From the IMG/VR virus record IMGVR_UViG_3300046474_000147, positions 1,437 through 65,436 of that record: a DNA stretch of 64,000 nucleotides, one strand, 5' to 3'. The notes beneath the pieces are model-generated. The model saw nothing but the letters and a program-made list of their open reading frames with translations. It was not told the origin of the DNA and ran no database searches. Positions 48,533-56,953 of this stretch are shown here, piece after piece. How positions within the stretch are numbered: position 1 is the stretch's first letter; each line of letters opens with the position of its first letter. The position numbers were made by a program, and so were the translations under genes. Source of the stretch: a virus (Duplodnaviria > Caudoviricetes).

Positions 48533-50659
48533 ATGCTCTTGAGTACCGAATCCTTCATCGCCTTCGAGGCGGTGAACAGCACTGACGACACGAACACGAC
48601 AGCGAACAACAACCAGCGTTCCGCCGTCGCCGCTAACCTGGCCCGCGCAGGTTATCAGGTGTCGATGCCTTCCGCTGCGACGACTGGTTTCGCGGTGCGA
48701 CCTGACGCCATTAACCCCGAGCGCAACGCGCTGTTCCTGTCGCTCGGCGCGTTCACCAACGGCATCGTCGCCGCAGGCATTCGCAAGATCCTGCCGGTGG
48801 TGAACGAGGTAGTCGTTGGCGGCTTCAGCCTGTTCATTCCACCCGAGTTCGTGAAGATGGGCGCGACTACGACGAAGATTATTCGTTTCCTCGCCACCTC
48901 TGCGTCCGATGCGGCGTGGGATAGCGCCATAGGTCAGCCGACGAACGAGATCTTCAGGATCACCGCCGACCTTCTCATCAAGTGGTACACCGACGCGGCG
49001 CAAAGCTCGAAGGCGCTCACACCCGGCCGCATGAACTACATCGAATACCGCATTAGCGGCGACGATGTGCGCGTGTGGATCGACGACACCCTGGTGCTGC
49101 AAAAGGCGAACGTGCCGTTGAATACCGAGAGTATCGCCATCGTGGTCGAGCAGAACACGTTGACGGCACCTGGGACCAACCTAACTGGCGCTGCTGGCCG
49201 CTGGTCGTTCGGCAACTGGTACAACCTCTGCGAAGATGCCGTCACGCCGAACGTGCGACTCGGTGCAACCACGCGCGTCATCGGTAAGCGGCCTGACGCC
49301 GACGTATCGACGCAGTTCACGCGGCCATCCGGCTTCGCGAGCAACGCGGCGGTCGCCGGGCAGAACCTCGTTGACAATCCGACGTACACGCTGCAAAGCC
49401 TTAACGTTGGGGATCAGGACGTGTACTCGACCACCGACAACACCACTAGCACCGCGAAGCTGGTGCATGCGGTTGTGACGAAAACCCTGGTTGCTAACCT
49501 CGAATCGAATCCGCACGCGCTGCGCCCGGTTATCCGCTCGAAGAACGGTGTCGAGATTTCGACCCCGCGAGCGCGCGAGTGGCGAGTGCAGACCTCGTTC
49601 TCAGGCCGCGACCTGAAGGGCATTGCGCGCCGTCCGACCGACAGCAAGATCTTCGCGGTCGGTGCCTCGATCTCGTTGTACTCGAACTCGCAGAACGCGG
49701 CAGCAGGTAGCGCATGGGTGCAGATTGCCGACGACGGCGGTGCGGTATCCAACAACGCCATCGCGTTCCGCACTGACGGCTACGGCGTCATCGGGCGCAG
49801 CGATGGCAAGCTGGGCGTCCTCACGCCAGGCTCCGATAACCCTGTCATCATCACACCGGCAAGCAACGCGTCGGCTATCAACCATGTTGCCGTGCTGCCG
49901 AACGGTCGCTTCATCGCTGTCGGCGCGGCTGGCACCATCCTCATGACTACCGCTGGTGCAGCGCCGGAACTCGCCGCGTCGTGGACGAAGGTGACGCCGC
50001 TCGCGCAGAACATGATGGCGTCTGCGTTTGCTCCAACCATCGGCGCTCAAGGTCGCCTCATGGTGATGAGCAATGTGAATACGGCGGCCACGACGACGAA
50101 CACGTATGTCACGAGCGACGACGGCGGCGCGACTTGGACTGTCCGCACCTGCGGCACGCTGGCGGTCGGCAACACGTATCGCACGTTGACGTGGGATGGA
50201 AATGCGTTCGTCACACACGCATCGCTAGGCACGGCCAGTAGGCGTTCGTCCGATGGCCTCACCTGGGCCGCTCTCGCTAACCAGACGTGGGGGACTCAAA
50301 ACAATCCGAACAATACCGTCAACTTCGGCTTCGTTGATCCAGACAGTTCGCTTCAGCTTTCCATGTGCGCTGCCGGGAACATTCACATTTCTCGTGACGC
50401 AAACAACTTCCACCTGCTCAGGACGGCCGCTACGGTCGATTTGCGCAGCGCATGCAAGACGACGAACGGAGACTTCCTTGTTGTCGGTGACGCTGGAACC
50501 TTTATGACGTACTCCGCGCCCGCCGCCGATGTCACACTCGGCCCTTTGTCTGGTTATCAGACGACGGTTAATATCGCGCCGTTCGACACCACGACCAGCG
50601 CACCGTGGGCTCCAAGCGATGCCGCTGCCGCGCAATTCGGCATGCGCGTAATTTCGTAA
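48533..50659 (+). CDS. Tail fibre protein, paralog D, with a BNR-like propeller insert
   Basis: MNYIEYRI, KRPDADV; SDDGGATW-type repeats. Confidence 0.75.
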   Translation: MLLSTESFIAFEAVNSTDDTNTTANNNQRSAVAANLARAGYQVSMPSAATTGFAVRPDAINPERNALFLSLGAFTNGIVAAGIRKILPVVNEVVVGGFSLFIPPEFVKMGATTTKIIRFLATSASDAAWDSAIGQPTNEIFRITADLLIKWYTDAAQSSKALTPGRMNYIEYRISGDDVRVWIDDTLVLQKANVPLNTESIAIVVEQNTLTAPGTNLTGAAGRWSFGNWYNLCEDAVTPNVRLGATTRVIGKRPDADVSTQFTRPSGFASNAAVAGQNLVDNPTYTLQSLNVGDQDVYSTTDNTTSTAKLVHAVVTKTLVANLESNPHALRPVIRSKNGVEISTPRAREWRVQTSFSGRDLKGIARRPTDSKIFAVGASISLYSNSQNAAAGSAWVQIADDGGAVSNNAIAFRTDGYGVIGRSDGKLGVLTPGSDNPVIITPASNASAINHVAVLPNGRFIAVGAAGTILMTTAGAAPELAASWTKVTPLAQNMMASAFAPTIGAQGRLMVMSNVNTAATTTNTYVTSDDGGATWTVRTCGTLAVGNTYRTLTWDGNAFVTHASLGTASRRSSDGLTWAALANQTWGTQNNPNNTVNFGFVDPDSSLQLSMCAAGNIHISRDANNFHLLRTAATVDLRSACKTTNGDFLVVGDAGTFMTYSAPAADVTLGPLSGYQTTVNIAPFDTTTSAPWAPSDAAAAQFGMRVIS

Positions 50660-50669
50660 AGGGCTTCCA

Positions 50670-52625
50670 GTGGCGAACCAAATTGGAGTTAGTTCTGCGG
50701 TTCGTGAAAGCGTGTCAGGCGATGGCCTGGGTAAAGATATCTTTGCCGATGTCATCGCCACCTCGCGGGAAGTCCTGACCGGCGACGGCTACGGCATTAC
50801 GATCCTCGCTGACGCTATCTGCGCGGCGCGTGAGGTGCTGACCGGCGATGGCTACGGCGTAACGTACACCAGCGGCATCGCGTCGATTGTGCGCGAAGTG
50901 CTGATTAAGGAAATGCCGATCAAGGCATCGGCTGTCGTGCGTGAGACGCTAGCCAGCGTGGACGATCCGCTGTCGGTGGCTCGCGTCATCACCGGGTATC
51001 GGCAGTCCGCAGTCATGCTTCGCCCTAAGATGGCGCTGCCGTCCGCCGTGAAGAGTCCGCAGATCGTGCCGACGCTGCGCGAGCATGTGGTGATGCGCAA
51101 CCTGCGCACTTGGCCGAAAAGCACGCGCTTCGCGCAAACGCTGCGCATGCAGGCCGCGCTTCGTCGCGTGGCGAAGCCTGCGCCGCAGATGTGGAGCACC
51201 ATGCGCGTCGGCACCTACCGCGAGCAGATCGTGCAGTCTCGCGGCAAAGTGTATGTCCCGGTGTCGGCGGTGTACACGAGGACGCAGCGGCAGATGGTCG
51301 TGTCTCATCGCGCCACCACGCCAGCGTCGCAGATCCGCACTCCGATCAGCGTCGGCGGCCAGCGGCAGGTTGTCGTGCTGTCGCGTCGAGTGATCGTGTC
51401 GATGACCAGCGCAGACGTTGCGACGCTCGTGCTGCATGCCGTGCAGAAGGCTACGCGCGTCGCGCCGTATTCGGAAGTTGACTCAGCCGGGTTGGTGCAG
51501 ATGACGGTGCAGCGACACAACGTCGTCCCGCCAGGTATCGACGACCGCGTGGGCTCACTGAGCGAGCAGGCCGTGATCCGCCGTGCGCCGACAACGACAG
51601 CGCCATTCGGCGTCGAGCATTCCGCCGCTATCAGCCAGCAGGCGATCATGGCGCGCGTCGCTCCGATATGGCGCTCTACCGCCGACGTTGCAGGCGGCGT
51701 GATGCTCACCATCCAGCACCGAGACACGTACGCGCCGCAGTACGCGATGGGCCGGAACGCGGCGACGTTGCGGCAGCAGACCGTGATGAAGCGCGATGTC
51801 GGCCCGGTTCACGGCTATGCGATCGTGCGCCAGGCGCGACTCTCGTTCACGCTTCACCGCGACACGCCGAAGCCGTGGGAAGTGATCGACCCGAGCATCG
51901 GTCGTCACACCGCATCGCTGCGCATGCTGACCGTGCAGCACCGCGTCACGCTGCCGCCCGACGTGCTCAGGACGCAGAGCCGCTACGTGTTCAATGCTGC
52001 GAGTCAGGTTGTCGTGGGCGACGCTTTCCCGGCACCAGAGTATCCGGCACCAGTCCACGAGACTGACGTGAACTCGGTTGTGGAATTCGTGATGATGCGT
52101 GACAGCGCCGGATGGGAGCCTGTGTCGTCGGTCAAGTCCACGTCGATGAGCGAGAGCCTGGTGATCGGTGACGCTGAAGGTTGGATCGACGCGACTATCC
52201 CGCAATCGGACGTGACCACCTGCGGCATCGTGCAGCACATGGCCGTGGCCGACGAGTTCCCCGACTCGATGCTGCCGCAGTCCGACGCCGAAGTTGCCGC
52301 GCTCGTCACGATGGTTGCGCTCGGTGATTCGTCGCTGCCGGACCCGGCGATTCCGGCATCCGAAGTGTCGAGCCTGCAAGTGGCTGAAATTGCGGCCCTG
52401 GGAGACGCGCAATTCCCCGACCCGCTGATACCCCTGTCCGAACTGCGTTTGCGCGCTGTGGGCGCGTTTTGCGTGCTTGGCGACCCATCGCTGGCCGGAC
52501 AGTTCGGCATGTCGGAGATCAGCGCGCCGAGCGTTGCCGAGGTGGTCGTGATCCCCGACCGAAGTCTTGTTGGAATTCCGCTACGAAAAGGTCCGCGACC
52601 TGTGGTAACTGTTTCCATGTCGTAA
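50670..52625 (+). CDS. Repetitive tail or fibre-associated protein
   Basis: GTG start; recurring xRQQxVxxR-like units, then LPDPxIP repeats. Confidence 0.65.
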   Translation: MANQIGVSSAVRESVSGDGLGKDIFADVIATSREVLTGDGYGITILADAICAAREVLTGDGYGVTYTSGIASIVREVLIKEMPIKASAVVRETLASVDDPLSVARVITGYRQSAVMLRPKMALPSAVKSPQIVPTLREHVVMRNLRTWPKSTRFAQTLRMQAALRRVAKPAPQMWSTMRVGTYREQIVQSRGKVYVPVSAVYTRTQRQMVVSHRATTPASQIRTPISVGGQRQVVVLSRRVIVSMTSADVATLVLHAVQKATRVAPYSEVDSAGLVQMTVQRHNVVPPGIDDRVGSLSEQAVIRRAPTTTAPFGVEHSAAISQQAIMARVAPIWRSTADVAGGVMLTIQHRDTYAPQYAMGRNAATLRQQTVMKRDVGPVHGYAIVRQARLSFTLHRDTPKPWEVIDPSIGRHTASLRMLTVQHRVTLPPDVLRTQSRYVFNAASQVVVGDAFPAPEYPAPVHETDVNSVVEFVMMRDSAGWEPVSSVKSTSMSESLVIGDAEGWIDATIPQSDVTTCGIVQHMAVADEFPDSMLPQSDAEVAALVTMVALGDSSLPDPAIPASEVSSLQVAEIAALGDAQFPDPLIPLSELRLRAVGAFCVLGDPSLAGQFGMSEISAPSVAEVVVIPDRSLVGIPLRKGPRPVVTVSMS

Positions 52626-52626
52626 G

Positions 52627-52662
52627 TTAAGCCGGGGATATAATTTCCCCGGCTTAATTTTT
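52627..52662 (+). terminator. Intrinsic terminator after the tail genes
   Basis: TTAAGCCGGGGA-tataatt-TCCCCGGCTTAA then TTTTT. Confidence 0.85.
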
Positions 52663-52697
52663 ATCAACAATACCTCATCCAAAACGAGGGATAAATC

Positions 52698-53147
52698 ATG
52701 GAACAGGGATCGAGTAATGAAAGAGCAGCGCCGGATCAACACGGCCTCCCCGAAGATCTGGCAGGCGACAGCCAGTGGGACGGCCAAGAGCGACGAACCG
52801 CACCAAGGGAGCCGAAATTGAAACTAGACCTCACCGTTAATATTCCGACCATGATCTCGCTGATCGTCTTGGTTGCGACTACTTCGGCGTCCGGCTTCCA
52901 GATGTATTACAACCTGCGCCAACAGCAGATGGCGACCGAATATGCTGTGTCGAATCTCACCAACCGTGTCGAGAAGGCCGAGTCGGCAATCGGCATTCTC
53001 AAGACCGAGCAGGTAGCGAGCACCAGCAGTCTGCGCGCAGAAGTAAAGCAGGATCTCGCTGAGATCAAGGGTCAGCTTAACGACTTGATCTTCGGTCGCC
53101 GTCCGCAGCAAGCCGCCCGATCCCAACTTCGTGAATGGAGCCGATAA
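52698..53147 (+). CDS. Single-TM coiled-coil protein heading the lysis cassette (holin or antiholin candidate)
   Basis: RBS GAGGGA; TM segment IPTMISLIVLVATTSASG; TAATG overlap with the endolysin. Confidence 0.6.
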   Translation: MEQGSSNERAAPDQHGLPEDLAGDSQWDGQERRTAPREPKLKLDLTVNIPTMISLIVLVATTSASGFQMYYNLRQQQMATEYAVSNLTNRVEKAESAIGILKTEQVASTSSLRAEVKQDLAEIKGQLNDLIFGRRPQQAARSQLREWSR

Positions 53148-53842
53148 TGAGCACCGCAACTCCGCGTGGTATCCGCAACCGCAATCCCGGCAACATCGAC
53201 TGGCACGAGAACACGAAATGGCAGGGTCTTGTCCCTTCCGGTGAGCGCACCGATCAACGCTTCTGCGAATTCAAAGATGCGGTGTGGGGCATCCGTGCTC
53301 TCGCAGTCCTGCTCATCAACTATCAGGACAAGTACGACATCAACACGGTGCGCGGCATCATCCATCGTTGGGCACCGAGCGTCGAGAACGACACGCGCGA
53401 ATACGTGTACGCCGTGTGCGACTCGTGCGATGTCGAAGCCGATGACCCGCTCAACCTGCACAGCTACGAGCACCTGCGCCCGCTGGTCGAAGCGATCATC
53501 TTCCACGAGAACGGACGCGGGCCGAAGTCCACGTTGAACTCGTGGTACGACATGAGCGTGATCGACGAGGCGCTGAAGCGCGCTGGCGTAGTCAAGACCG
53601 CCGCTGTCGTCGCTGCCATGCCGGTGACGAAAGAGACGGTGGCCGCGACCGGCACGGCGGGCCTGGGTGTCGCGCAGATCGCGGACGTTGCGCCGCAGGT
53701 GATGGATGCTATCGACAGCCAGCAGGATCACCTGTCGTCCGGCAGCTACGTGCGCATCGCATTCGCGGTGCTCACTATCGGCCTGGCGGCGTTCATCGCG
53801 TACAGCCAGGTCAAGAAGCATCAATCCGGCGTGGTGGCGTGA
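53147..53842 (+). CDS. Endolysin (lysozyme-like RGIRNxNPGNI family) with a C-terminal TM helix
   Basis: ATG at 53147 after GGAG; WAPSVENDT, IIFHENG; C-terminal IAFAVLTIGLAAFIAY. Confidence 0.75.
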   Translation: MSTATPRGIRNRNPGNIDWHENTKWQGLVPSGERTDQRFCEFKDAVWGIRALAVLLINYQDKYDINTVRGIIHRWAPSVENDTREYVYAVCDSCDVEADDPLNLHSYEHLRPLVEAIIFHENGRGPKSTLNSWYDMSVIDEALKRAGVVKTAAVVAAMPVTKETVAATGTAGLGVAQIADVAPQVMDAIDSQQDHLSSGSYVRIAFAVLTIGLAAFIAYSQVKKHQSGVVA

Positions 53843-54141
53843 TGGTGCCGCTGTTCGTCGTCGAGAAGTTGAAGTCGTGGGCGCTGACGTTCCTGGCCGT
53901 TCTGGCGGTCCTCGTCGGTGCCTACGCAATCGGTGGCCGCAAAGCACGGCGCGCGGCTGAAGCGAAACATAACTACGATGAGGCGCTGCGCGCTGGTGCC
54001 GGTGCCAAGGGGGTTCATGATGTGGAAGTCGAAGTTCGCAAGCTGCCTACTGGTGGCGCTGCTGACCAGCTTCGCCGCGACTGGATGCGGAACGATAGCG
54101 CCAACGCCAACGCAGGTGGCACTGGCGTCAACCGTTCCTGA
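53842..54141 (+). CDS. Inner-membrane spanin (Rz-like)
   Basis: TGATG overlap; N-terminal TM followed by a helical domain. Confidence 0.75.
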   Translation: MVPLFVVEKLKSWALTFLAVLAVLVGAYAIGGRKARRAAEAKHNYDEALRAGAGAKGVHDVEVEVRKLPTGGAADQLRRDWMRNDSANANAGGTGVNRS

Positions 54142-54256
54142 CTTCTGCGCGACCGCGAAGCCGATCTACATTGGCAAGAACGATGTGATCTCGGACGACA
54201 CGGCGCAGCAGATCTTGGCGCACAATCTGACAGGCCGCAAGCTGTGCGGCTGGTGA
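54017..54256 (+). CDS. Outer-membrane lipoprotein spanin (Rz1-like)
   Basis: Overlaps Rz in another frame; signal peptide with Cys at FAATGC; start 54017 or 54020. Confidence 0.75.
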   Translation: MMWKSKFASCLLVALLTSFAATGCGTIAPTPTQVALASTVPDFCATAKPIYIGKNDVISDDTAQQILAHNLTGRKLCGW

Positions 54257-54270
54257 TGAAAGGGGGTGAC

Positions 54271-54298
54271 TTGATCTCGTAACGCTCGCTGCTACAAT
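54271..54298 (+). promoter_or_regulatory. Extended -10 sigma70 promoter
   Basis: TTGATC-16-TACAAT with TG at 54290-54291; inverted repeat AACGCTC/GAGCGTT spans the -10. Confidence 0.65.
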
Positions 54299-54303
54299 GA
54301 GCG

Positions 54304-54364
54304 TTCCGTTAAAAAGAGAAGGTGCTTGGCCGGTGTGGAGAGATCCGCACCGGCCTTTTTCTTT
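54304..54364 (+). ncRNA. Candidate trans-acting antisense sRNA, about 60 nt
   Basis: The promoter fires into no ORF; 5' TCCGTTAAAAAGAG is complementary to several phage RBS leaders; ends in an intrinsic terminator. Confidence 0.55.
54328..54364 (+). terminator. Intrinsic terminator
   Basis: GGCCGGTGTGGA-GAGA-TCCGCACCGGCC then TTTTTCTTT. Confidence 0.85.
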
Positions 54365-54365
54365 A

Positions 54366-54755
54366 CTAGTCCGACGCGCGGCGCGCAAGGCGCTGCGGAC
54401 CTTCCCGCAACTGATCCTCGTCGATCCAGTCCTCGCAGAAGCGGCCGGTCTTGTCCGAGTACGCCACCTGATAGCGCGGCAGGCGCGAATTCACATGCTC
54501 CGCGCGACCGCGCACCTTGCCTACAACCTGCGTGGTCGTTATCGTCACGCGCTCGTTCAACTCGAACTTGAACTTGATGGACTGATCCCCATTCGCCTTG
54601 CTCGGCGGCTTAGGCGGATCTGCTGCCGGTGCGCCACCATTGTTGCCCGCTGCTGCGGCTGCCTCGCGCGCAGCTTTTGCGCCAGGCTTCGGACCCGGCT
54701 TGCTGCCGCGAGTTTTGCGGGGCTTCTTCACTTTCGGTTCACCTGTTGTTGCCAT
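54366..54755 (-). CDS. Basic low-complexity N-terminus with a small beta-barrel-like C-domain
   Basis: 129 aa; K/P/A-rich then FKFELNERVTI...EDWIDEDQL; RBS ACGGAGAAG. Confidence 0.75.
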   Translation of the reverse strand: MATTGEPKVKKPRKTRGSKPGPKPGAKAAREAAAAAGNNGGAPAADPPKPPSKANGDQSIKFKFELNERVTITTTQVVGKVRGRAEHVNSRLPRYQVAYSDKTGRFCEDWIDEDQLREGPQRLARRASD

Positions 54756-54768
54756 CTTCTTCTCCGTT

Positions 54769-54794
54769 AAAAAGCGCAGCGGAATCCCCGCTGC
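54769..54794 (-). terminator. Intrinsic terminator whose U tract abuts the next RBS
   Basis: Minus strand GCAGCGG-GGATT-CCGCTGC-GCTTTTT-AACGGAG. Confidence 0.65.
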
Positions 54795-54800
54795 CGGGTA

Positions 54801-55121
54801 CTACAGTTCTTCGTCGAGCGTTGTGTCCCTCTTCGCCAGCACGACCACCTCGGGGCACCTGTCGGTGCGCAGCGTTTCGGTGTACGCGCTGCTGCCGTGC
54901 AGAGTGCCCTGAATGTGATTGAAAACCGCATCCAGGCGTGCGATGTTGGGGGCGATCACGATAACGTCCTGCCCGGCCACCTTGCACGCCATCGCGCGCC
55001 CGGCGTAGGCGATGCTCCCTTCCCGCACCTTCAGCGCAATCTCGGCGGGCAGTTCGACTTGTCGCATCATGTCTCCCAACGTGCTATGCCTTATCGTGAA
55101 GTCGTCGTCAGCCTGCGACAT
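54801..55121 (-). CDS. Hypothetical protein ending LDEEL
   Basis: ATG at 55121 after GGAGA; 106 aa. Confidence 0.7.
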   Translation of the reverse strand: MSQADDDFTIRHSTLGDMMRQVELPAEIALKVREGSIAYAGRAMACKVAGQDVIVIAPNIARLDAVFNHIQGTLHGSSAYTETLRTDRCPEVVVLAKRDTTLDEEL

Positions 55122-55500
55122 GGCCGTTCTCCGCGAGATCGCACAGCCCGGCGAACGTGGTGGCGGCGACCATGCGCGCATGCAGCAATGCGGCCTTATC
55201 GTCGGCAGGCGCGCTCTTCATGTAGCCGAGTTCCTTGAAACGTGGATCTGCGCTAGACATGAAGATCGCCATTGACTTCGAGGTAAGCATTTCGTAGCGC
55301 GCGCCCATCAACAGTGCTGATTCGAGGATCAGCGCATCGGCCGGATTTGCGAGCGGGCGGAACGTCGCGATCACGTCGGGCGGAACGACGCTGCGATCCA
55401 CGCGGATAAGGCCGTGCGAAGTCTCCGACCACTCGAACGCGGTCAAGTCCATTCCGATGATGCGGGCCGCTGCTCGTGTCACTTCTTCGAGGCGATTCAT
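55108..55500 (-). CDS. Hypothetical protein
   Basis: 130 aa, overlaps its neighbours. Confidence 0.7.
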   Translation of the reverse strand: MNRLEEVTRAAARIIGMDLTAFEWSETSHGLIRVDRSVVPPDVIATFRPLANPADALILESALLMGARYEMLTSKSMAIFMSSADPRFKELGYMKSAPADDKAALLHARMVAATTFAGLCDLAENGHVAG

Positions 55501-56246
55501 TCTGCGCCACCGTTCAGGGAAACGCGCACAATGCCGCTGTCGTCCAGTGGGTCACCGGCATACGGTGCGCCGAGCGGGCCGTCGTAGAAGCCAACCAGCG
55601 AGTCAGGCGGCGGGGGTGCTGCGTCGAGGATCGTGGAGAGGCTGAATGCGATTTGCTTCCTCTGCTCGTCGCCGCATCGCGCAAGTGCGGCCTCGATCCA
55701 TTCCGGCGTTGCGACCTTCAGGATCGCCTCGATCCATTCCGGGGTCGGCTTTTCCGGCACAAGCTTGAAGCCTGCGGGCACGTTGACACGCATGCGCGCC
55801 GGGCGCAGGCGGCGCTCTGGCACCTGGCCGTGTACCGCGCCGTTGCGCATCATCCAGCCAACCACGGCGTCCGCGTCCGCGTTCTTCAGGTTGAACTTCA
55901 GGATCGAACCGGCCTTGTAATACACGACCGCCTTGCGATTCAGCTTGTCGAGCGGGCCTGGTTCCCACTCGATGCGCCGGATCGACTCGTACACGAGTTG
56001 GTACGGCACGCCGCTCATGCTGTCGATGACGTTGAAGATGGTCCTGTCGTAACGGCTGAGTCCGTTCTGCGCCAGCCAGCTACGCACGCGGCGCACGCCG
56101 TCGATGCCGATGATGTGCGACTTCGGATATTCCCCTTTACGTTCAACCTGAATCGTGTTGATGTCGACGAAGGTGACGCGCGCATTGGCGTCGAGCGTAA
56201 CCATCGCGTCGTCGCTCTCGTCTTTCACTTTAATCGTTTCACTCAT
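55497..56246 (-). CDS. Hypothetical mosaic protein
   Basis: ATG at 56246 after GAGGA; VPAGFKLVPEKPTPEWIEA segment with duplicated PEWIEA. Confidence 0.7.
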   Translation of the reverse strand: MSETIKVKDESDDAMVTLDANARVTFVDINTIQVERKGEYPKSHIIGIDGVRRVRSWLAQNGLSRYDRTIFNVIDSMSGVPYQLVYESIRRIEWEPGPLDKLNRKAVVYYKAGSILKFNLKNADADAVVGWMMRNGAVHGQVPERRLRPARMRVNVPAGFKLVPEKPTPEWIEAILKVATPEWIEAALARCGDEQRKQIAFSLSTILDAAPPPPDSLVGFYDGPLGAPYAGDPLDDSGIVRVSLNGGAE

Positions 56247-56253
56247 GGCGTCC

Positions 56254-56610
56254 TCACAGTTCTTCGTCATCGACCAGCTTCGCGCGCATTGCTGCTTCGC
56301 GCTCGCGCAGGGTTGGGCCTTGCAGGGACAAGCCGAAGCCGGGCTTGCGCACCTCGGGCATCAACTCTTTCATGATCGGCTCACCGACGAACGTGTACGT
56401 CCACTCGTCGCCGTCCAGGCCGTCCTCGTGCCGGATGGTCAGTTCGCCGCGCTCGACGAGAATCACGCCGTCGATGCCGATTGCCGGAATGCGCTTTTCG
56501 AGCAGGCTCTTGACGATACCCACGCCGGACATGAATAGGTTGAATTTCGGGTTGCCTTTTCCGCCGAGTTGGTCGCGCGTGAACGTCACGCTGATAGTTT
56601 CGATTCCCAT
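56254..56610 (-). CDS. Hypothetical protein ending DDEEL
   Basis: 118 aa. Confidence 0.7.
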   Translation of the reverse strand: MGIETISVTFTRDQLGGKGNPKFNLFMSGVGIVKSLLEKRIPAIGIDGVILVERGELTIRHEDGLDGDEWTYTFVGEPIMKELMPEVRKPGFGLSLQGPTLREREAAMRAKLVDDEEL

Positions 56611-56611
56611 T

Positions 56612-56899
56612 TCAGAATCCTTTGAACTTGAATACCTCGCCCGCGATCAGGTATGCGATCACAAGCGCCACAGCGACCACCGCGACAAGCGCAACGATCC
56701 AGAGTCGAGTGAACTCGTCGTCGTCGCGCACGACATAAGAGGTGACACGCACAGCACCCATGAGCAGCAGGACGCCGCAGAGGGTGACGTACGCGGCAGG
56801 GAACGATGGTCGCGACCACAGGCCACCGATAAGCGACGCCATCGTTCCAACGCTGAACGCGGCGGCGATCATGAGGCATTTGAGAATGTTATCGAGCAT
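56612..56899 (-). CDS. Small membrane protein with three predicted TM helices
   Basis: 95 aa hydrophobic; RBS ACGGAGAG. Confidence 0.7.
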   Translation of the reverse strand: MLDNILKCLMIAAAFSVGTMASLIGGLWSRPSFPAAYVTLCGVLLLMGAVRVTSYVVRDDDEFTRLWIVALVAVVAVALVIAYLIAGEVFKFKGF

Positions 56900-56912
56900 T
56901 GTGCTCTCCGTT

Positions 56913-56942
56913 AAAAAGAACCGGGCCGCGCGTGCGACCCGG
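56913..56942 (-). terminator. Intrinsic terminator whose U tract abuts the next RBS
   Basis: Minus strand CCGGGTCGC-ACGC-GCGGCCCGG-TTCTTTTT-AACGGAG. Confidence 0.7.
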
Positions 56943-56953
56943 CGTGCTGCGAA

